A DNA stretch of 63,415 nucleotides from NCBI GenBank assembly GCA_017613375.1, contig JAGADZ010000006.1, forward strand, positions 1 to 63,415, given 5' to 3'. Source of the stretch: Bacteroidales bacterium (lineage in GTDB: Bacteria; Bacteroidota; Bacteroidia; Bacteroidales; P3). Under the pieces are notes generated by a model. The model had not been told where the DNA came from. It saw nothing but the letters and a program-made list of their open reading frames with translations, and did not search any database. A program made the position numbers and the translations under genes. How positions within the stretch are numbered: the first letter of the stretch is position 1; every line of letters starts with the position of its first letter. Positions 59,129 to 63,415 of the stretch are shown piece after piece.

Positions 59129-60586
59129 TCATCGTACTTCCTTACGCATTCGTCCCACAGGGATGCCCATGTTTTCGCGATATTTTGTCACAGTGCGTCG
59201 AGACAACTGGAACCCTTCCTCTTGAAGTTTCTTGGTGAGGGCTTCATCGGTCAAGGGCCGCTTCTTGTCTTCATGGTCGATTATATGCTGTAAAGCCTCT
59301 TTAAGCCTTTCGGCTGCGAGGGAGTCTCCCTTGTCGGTGGCTACAGCTTTGGAGAAAAGGTTTTTCAGCAAAATGGTGCCGAATTCGGTCTGCACATATT
59401 TCTCGTTGACCACCCTCGAGATGGTCGATTCGTCGTAGTGTGTTATCGCCGCGATGTCTTTCAGACGCATGGGACGCAGGTCTCTGTTGTTGCCACTGAG
59501 GAAATACTCTTTCTGGAATTTCAAGATGGCAGCCATGGTGTCTGACAGTGTTATGCGACGCTGCTGCAGAGTGTCTATAAGCCAGTTGGCAGACTCGCTC
59601 TTGCTCTTGATGAATTGTATGGTCTCTTTGTCTGTGGTGCTGGGCTTGGATTGATGGCTCAGCTGTTCAAGCATCTCGGTGTAGTCGTTGTTGATGCGGA
59701 GTTTGGGACTGTTGTGTTCGTCAAGCATGAAAGTCAGATGGTCGCCTTCACGCACAACGATGAAATCCGGCATAATGTATGTGGCGCCGCGATGTTCCTC
59801 TTCACGTCCCCAGCCCGGTTTGGGATTCAGTCGACGGATGATATTCACGGCACGGTTCAGCTCGTCGTCGCCAATCTTCAGTTGGTTCGCCAGTTGGTGA
59901 AAGTGTTTGTTGCTGAACAGGTTGAAGTGGCTATCAACAATAGTTGTCGCCCTTATGGTATCTTGGTCGGGATTTTCAATACGATGGAGCTGAAGAGAGA
60001 GGCATTCCTGTAGATTGCGGGCCCCGACTCCTGCGGGATCAAGGGATTGAATGGTTTTCAGCACCTCCTCGACCTCGTCGTCGTGGACATCCACTCCCGA
60101 GCGGAAAGCGAGGTCGTTGGCAATAAGCGATGTGTCGCGGCCGAGGTAGCCGCTGCCGTCGATACTGCCTATGATTTCGTTGCCAATGATACGCTCTCTT
60201 TCCGTGAGATTACGTAGTGCAAGTTGGCGCAGCAGAGATTCAGAGAACGATGCCGATTCGGAGAAATCGTAGTTGCGTTCTTCGACATTACGGTCTTTCT
60301 CAAGGCGTTCGCGGTAGCTATAATCATCGTCGTCGAAATAATCGTCCATGTTCAACCCTTTGAAATCGTCATCGTCGCCGTTTTCGTCGCCAAAGTCGGG
60401 GCTTTCCTGACGGTCGTCGGTGTAGTGGTCGTCGGAGTCGTCTATTTCAAGCATGGGATTTTTCTCCACCTCTTCTTTTATCTTCTGTTCGAGACTTGTT
60501 ACAGGGAGTTGAAGCAGTCGCATAAGCAGCAGCTGTTGAGGTGTCAGCTTCTGTTGCATTTTCATTTTTTGTTTCTGAGATATCAT
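59129..60586 (-). CDS. rpoN: RNA polymerase sigma-54 factor
   Basis: Gln/Leu-rich region I MKMQQKLTPQQLLLMRLLQLP, an acidic region II, and the C-terminal RpoN box RRTVTKYRENMGIP. Confidence 0.9.
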   Translation of the reverse strand: MISQKQKMKMQQKLTPQQLLLMRLLQLPVTSLEQKIKEEVEKNPMLEIDDSDDHYTDDRQESPDFGDENGDDDDFKGLNMDDYFDDDDYSYRERLEKDRNVEERNYDFSESASFSESLLRQLALRNLTERERIIGNEIIGSIDGSGYLGRDTSLIANDLAFRSGVDVHDDEVEEVLKTIQSLDPAGVGARNLQECLSLQLHRIENPDQDTIRATTIVDSHFNLFSNKHFHQLANQLKIGDDELNRAVNIIRRLNPKPGWGREEEHRGATYIMPDFIVVREGDHLTFMLDEHNSPKLRINNDYTEMLEQLSHQSKPSTTDKETIQFIKSKSESANWLIDTLQQRRITLSDTMAAILKFQKEYFLSGNNRDLRPMRLKDIAAITHYDESTISRVVNEKYVQTEFGTILLKNLFSKAVATDKGDSLAAERLKEALQHIIDHEDKKRPLTDEALTKKLQEEGFQLSRRTVTKYRENMGIPVGRMRKEVR

Positions 60587-60810
60587 GGTGGCAGTTGTTT
60601 ATGTTAAACAATAGATTTGGAAGTTGATATGATACAAATAATTATAAATCACTGTATTTATCGAATGTCCTTTGCAATTTGCTGTAATGCAAATATACGA
60701 AAAAAATAATAATGATGTCAAAAAAAATACAACATTTTGATTAAATATCACGTATGTCGCGTTTACTTGGCGTCTCTTACATTTTAGATGCATAAATACA
60801 TTTTTTTGTG

Positions 60811-60818
60811 TATATTTG
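60811..60818 (+). promoter_or_regulatory. -7 promoter box TATATTTG
   Basis: TAnnTTTG match 54 nt upstream of the ATG at 60872. Confidence 0.5.
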
Positions 60819-60871
60819 CAACGTGTAATAAGTAAAACAGTGTTGTATAAAATGATAAAGAACAATATAAT

Positions 60872-62512
60872 ATGGATATAGTATTAGTTGTCATAGCTGT
60901 ATCATGTCTGGGACTGGGAGGGTTGATTGCTTTTTTTGCCATGAAGGCAAAGTATGCACCTTTGTCGGAGACTGTCAAGAAACAGGACAGCGACATGCAG
61001 ACTCTTCGGGATATTCTCTCGTCCAAGGAAGAAGAACAGTCAAGAGCTACAACCGAACGGCAGCAATTGCTGGCAGACAAGAGTGCCGCGGACAAAGAGC
61101 TTGAACTGGTTAAACTGCAAGTCGTTGAGAAGTCTGAGGCGATTTTGAAATGCGAACAGGAAAACGAGGAACTGCATGGTCAGTTAAGTCGTCTGCAGGC
61201 AGATAACCAGGGTGTGCAGAAAGAGATACAGATACTTAGGGAGCAGTTGCAGGAGAAGCAGGCACAGGAAAGGAAAAACGAGCAGGAGCGTGCGGATTTG
61301 TCGTCACGTCTGGAGAAACAGAAGGAGCAGACCGCCATGGTTCAGTCGCAGCGGGACACTGCACAGAAAGAGGTGGACCTGCTTAAGGAGCAGATGCTGC
61401 AAAACGAGAAGGAACGTGCCAAAGCGTTGTCACAGCAGATGGAACTGGCCAAGGAGCAGCTGCAGAACGCCACACAGGAGATATTGAAACAGAGGGAGGA
61501 GACCCTTAGCAAGACGAATGTCGAACAGATAGGCAATGTCGTGACTCCGCTCAAAGAGCAGCTGGAGGCTATGCAAAAGCAAGTCAACGAGAGCATCAAG
61601 ACCACTACGGACAATAAGGCTTCCTTGGAACGCGCCATCGAGGACTTGATAAAGCAGACCAAGATGATTGGCGACGATGCCAACAACCTTGCCAAGGCTT
61701 TGAAGAATGAGTCAAAGACACAGGGTAACTGGGGTGAGATGTTGCTGGACAAACTGTTGGAAAGCAGCGGCCTCGTGAAAGGGATTCACTATGATATACA
61801 GGTGACTTTGCGTGATGCCATGGGCAAGGCTGTCACACATGACGAGACAGGGAGACGGCTGATACCGGATGTCGTGATACACTACCCTGATGGCAAGGAC
61901 TGTGTCGTCGACTCCAAGGTCTCGTTAAGCGATTATATTGACTACTTGGAAGCTACCGACGAAACAGAAAAAGAGCGAGCTCTCTCCAGACATTTGGTTA
62001 GTGTGAGAAAGCATGTAAAGGAACTGTGTGGCAAAGATTACTCTTCCTATATCAAGCCGCCGCGGACGGCAATGGCCTATACAATCATGTTTATCCCCAA
62101 CGAGTCGGCTATGCAGTTGGCATTGCAGAACGACACCACACTGTGGCGTGAGGCCTTTGACAAAGGAGTATGTATTGCATCGGAGCAGAACCTGTTGATA
62201 ATACTGCGAATGATACAGATGGCATGGATACAGGTCCAGCAGGCACAGAACCAGCAGGAGGTGTTCGAGCAGGCACGTAAATTGCTCGACAGGGTGTCGG
62301 ACTTCCTGGAACGTTTTGATAAAGTCGGCGACTGGATTGGCAAGGCAGGCGACGCATACAGCAAAGCCAAGGACAAGCTCTATAACGGACAGCAGAGCGT
62401 TGTGAAGGCCGCCAAGGAGATGGAACGCCTCGGAGCCAAGACAAGCGCCCGCAAGCAACTCCCGGAACCGGAGGACTGGAACCATTCAGAGGAGAAGGGA
62501 ACAAATGAATGA
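60872..62512 (+). CDS. rmuC: DNA recombination protein RmuC
   Basis: N-terminal TM helix, long Gln/Glu-rich coiled coil, and a C-terminal nuclease-like RmuC domain (QGNWGE...IPDVVIHYPDGK..VVDSKVSL...MFIPNES). Confidence 0.85.
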   Translation: MDIVLVVIAVSCLGLGGLIAFFAMKAKYAPLSETVKKQDSDMQTLRDILSSKEEEQSRATTERQQLLADKSAADKELELVKLQVVEKSEAILKCEQENEELHGQLSRLQADNQGVQKEIQILREQLQEKQAQERKNEQERADLSSRLEKQKEQTAMVQSQRDTAQKEVDLLKEQMLQNEKERAKALSQQMELAKEQLQNATQEILKQREETLSKTNVEQIGNVVTPLKEQLEAMQKQVNESIKTTTDNKASLERAIEDLIKQTKMIGDDANNLAKALKNESKTQGNWGEMLLDKLLESSGLVKGIHYDIQVTLRDAMGKAVTHDETGRRLIPDVVIHYPDGKDCVVDSKVSLSDYIDYLEATDETEKERALSRHLVSVRKHVKELCGKDYSSYIKPPRTAMAYTIMFIPNESAMQLALQNDTTLWREAFDKGVCIASEQNLLIILRMIQMAWIQVQQAQNQQEVFEQARKLLDRVSDFLERFDKVGDWIGKAGDAYSKAKDKLYNGQQSVVKAAKEMERLGAKTSARKQLPEPEDWNHSEEKGTNE

Positions 62513-62679
62513 TGGTTGGACAAGTATGTGAAATTGAATATTCTTTTGCAATTTCAACATAAGACAGAATTCTGCCAGTTTGCAATTTGTAAGGGCTAAT
62601 TTATGCAGAATGATGTGCAATCATCCATCTCTGCTATCTGAAACAGTCTTATTATTTTTGCATATTAAAAAAACTTATG

Positions 62680-62687
62680 TATCTTTG
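62680..62687 (+). promoter_or_regulatory. -7 promoter box TATCTTTG (a second box, TATTTTTG, at 62653..62660)
   Basis: TAnnTTTG matches. No comparable box is seen between 62872 and the ATG at 62931. Confidence 0.45.
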
Positions 62688-62714
62688 CAGTTGTATTAGG
62701 TTTGGATAGAAATC

Positions 62715-62795
62715 ATGATATTTTGCTTTAATAACTTAAATATCAATACTTTACCCCCCCCCTACAGCACCGTTTGTTCTCTGTGCGGCATGTAG
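62715..62795 (+). other. Candidate 26-codon upstream ORF (MIFCFNNLNINTLPPPYSTVCSLCGM*)
   Basis: It starts 28 nt after the -7 box. The PPP is encoded by the C9 tract at 62754..62762. The TAG stop lies inside the 3' arm of the hairpin CCCCTACA...TGTAGGGG. Confidence 0.25.
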
Positions 62796-62827
62796 GGGCG
62801 TATATGTTTTTTGATATGATCGTTACT

Positions 62828-62871
62828 GGCGGCACTTGCATTATGCGATGCAAGTTGCCGCTTTTCTTTTT
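62828..62871 (+). terminator. Strong intrinsic terminator/attenuator hairpin
   Basis: GGCGGCACTTGCAT-tatgcg-ATGCAAGTTGCCGC (one bulge) followed by TTTTCTTTTT. It lies 60 nt upstream of the next ATG. Confidence 0.7.
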
Positions 62872-62930
62872 AAATAAATAAAAAACAGTCTATTAGTAAT
62901 TCGCAATTATATAATCAAAAACATTTAACG

Positions 62931-63415
62931 ATGAAACGGACAAGTTTTTTGCTTTTAGCTTTGTTTGCTATGTTAAGTTGCGGGCTTTGTGCCTGCGAGG
63001 AAGAGAACAATACCCCCGGCGGCGGAGACAATCCTGGCGGCGGAACAACCCAACAAGGCGGTTTCGACAATAACGGTGCCAGCAACGCCACCTTCTCGGT
63101 GAGTGCCACAGAGACAATTCAATTCAGCCGAGGCAACCTGCAATACCAAGCCTCGACGGGCACTTGGCGTTTCGCCGAGAGCCAGCTCAACTTTGTGGGC
63201 GACGCCAACAGCAATATCTCCTCCAACAATTCGGGGTGGATTGATCTCTTCGGTTGGGGCACCAGCGGCTGGAACAACGGCGCAGAGGAATATATGCCCT
63301 ACAGCTCAAGCCCCAATTTCCAGCACTACCTACGCAACGTCGACCTCACGGGCAGCTATGCCGAGGCCGACTGGGGCTGGCATAACGCTATCAGCAACGG
63401 CGGCAACCAGACGCA
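62931..63415 (+). CDS. Lipoprotein, 5' partial (runs off the window); Gly/Pro-rich linker then an Asn/Gly/Trp-rich domain
   Basis: Hand translation gives MKRTSFLLLALFAMLSCGLCACEEENNTPGGGDNPGGGTTQQGGFDNNGASNATFSVSATETIQFSRGNLQYQASTGTWRFAESQLNFVGDANSN...DLFGWGTSGWNNG. It is open to the end of the window. Absent from the track because it has no stop. Confidence 0.7.
   Translation, partial: MKRTSFLLLALFAMLSCGLCACEEENNTPGGGDNPGGGTTQQGGFDNNGASNATFSVSATETIQFSRGNLQYQASTGTWRFAESQLNFVGDANSNISSNNSGWIDLFGWGTSGWNNGAEEYMPYSSSPNFQHYLRNVDLTGSYAEADWGWHNAISNGGNQT

Noticed and set aside
60599-61095. Minus-strand ORFs 60599..60865 and 60784..61095 in and beside the rpoN-rmuC divergent region
   Set aside because: They are AT-rich promoter DNA and antisense of the rmuC 5' end. 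Their composition is implausible for a protein and they have no motif.
54840-62512. RecD-like helicase and RmuC as parts of a defence or recombination island
   Set aside because: Both sit among core housekeeping genes (secG, hup, fmt, ribH, rpoN). They have no nuclease, methylase or effector partners and no compositional anomaly. They are interpreted as ordinary chromosomal copies.
62915-63109. 64-aa minus-strand ORF at the right edge
   Set aside because: It lies antisense to an open plus-strand lipoprotein reading frame with a clear signal peptide and lipobox that continues to the window end.

Overview
This is a 63.4-kb chromosomal segment that looks like a Bacteroidales (Bacteroidota) genome. 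Supporting signs are many TAnnTTTG -7 promoter boxes 20-120 nt upstream of starts, no Shine-Dalgarno use, two T9SS C-terminal sorting-domain proteins, DUF4292/TlpA-type lipoproteins, and sigma-54.

The window opens with the 5S rRNA at the end of an rRNA operon. A GC-rich HUH (IS200/RAYT-like) tyrosine-transposase-like gene follows, bracketed by two related hairpins. Most of the rest is housekeeping:
- rplM-rpsI-rpsB-tsf and rpmH (rpmH is missed by the ORF track)
- secG, hup, fmt, ribH, rpoN, rmuC, rsgA, prmC, rnhA, tadA, rlmD, yicC, apbE
- iorAB, a 1220-aa GH2 beta-galactosidase, and a RecD-like helicase

The least ordinary region is 3999..17168:
- A single-strand, tightly spaced block fabH-fabF-fabZ-fabG-ACP-etfB-etfA-acyl-CoA dehydrogenase. 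It has no enoyl reductase and no FabD.
- A divergently transcribed membrane-anchored LytTR regulator, whose upstream region carries a perfect 13-nt direct repeat at 20-bp spacing.
- A 1079-aa single-polypeptide fusion of 2Fe-2S, pyridine-nucleotide-disulfide oxidoreductase, 4Fe-4S, BFD and DAO modules about 1.3 kb away.

Other points of interest:
- A family of short-period quasi-palindromic AT-rich repeats sits in intra-operon spacers. The same words also occur in frame inside the GH2 gene.
- Upstream of a GC-rich lipoprotein gene at the right edge there is a promoter, a 26-codon uORF whose PPP is encoded by a C9 tract, and two hairpins.

I saw no CRISPR array, no tRNA and no recognisable defence system. 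All calls come from reading motifs by eye. No database search was possible.
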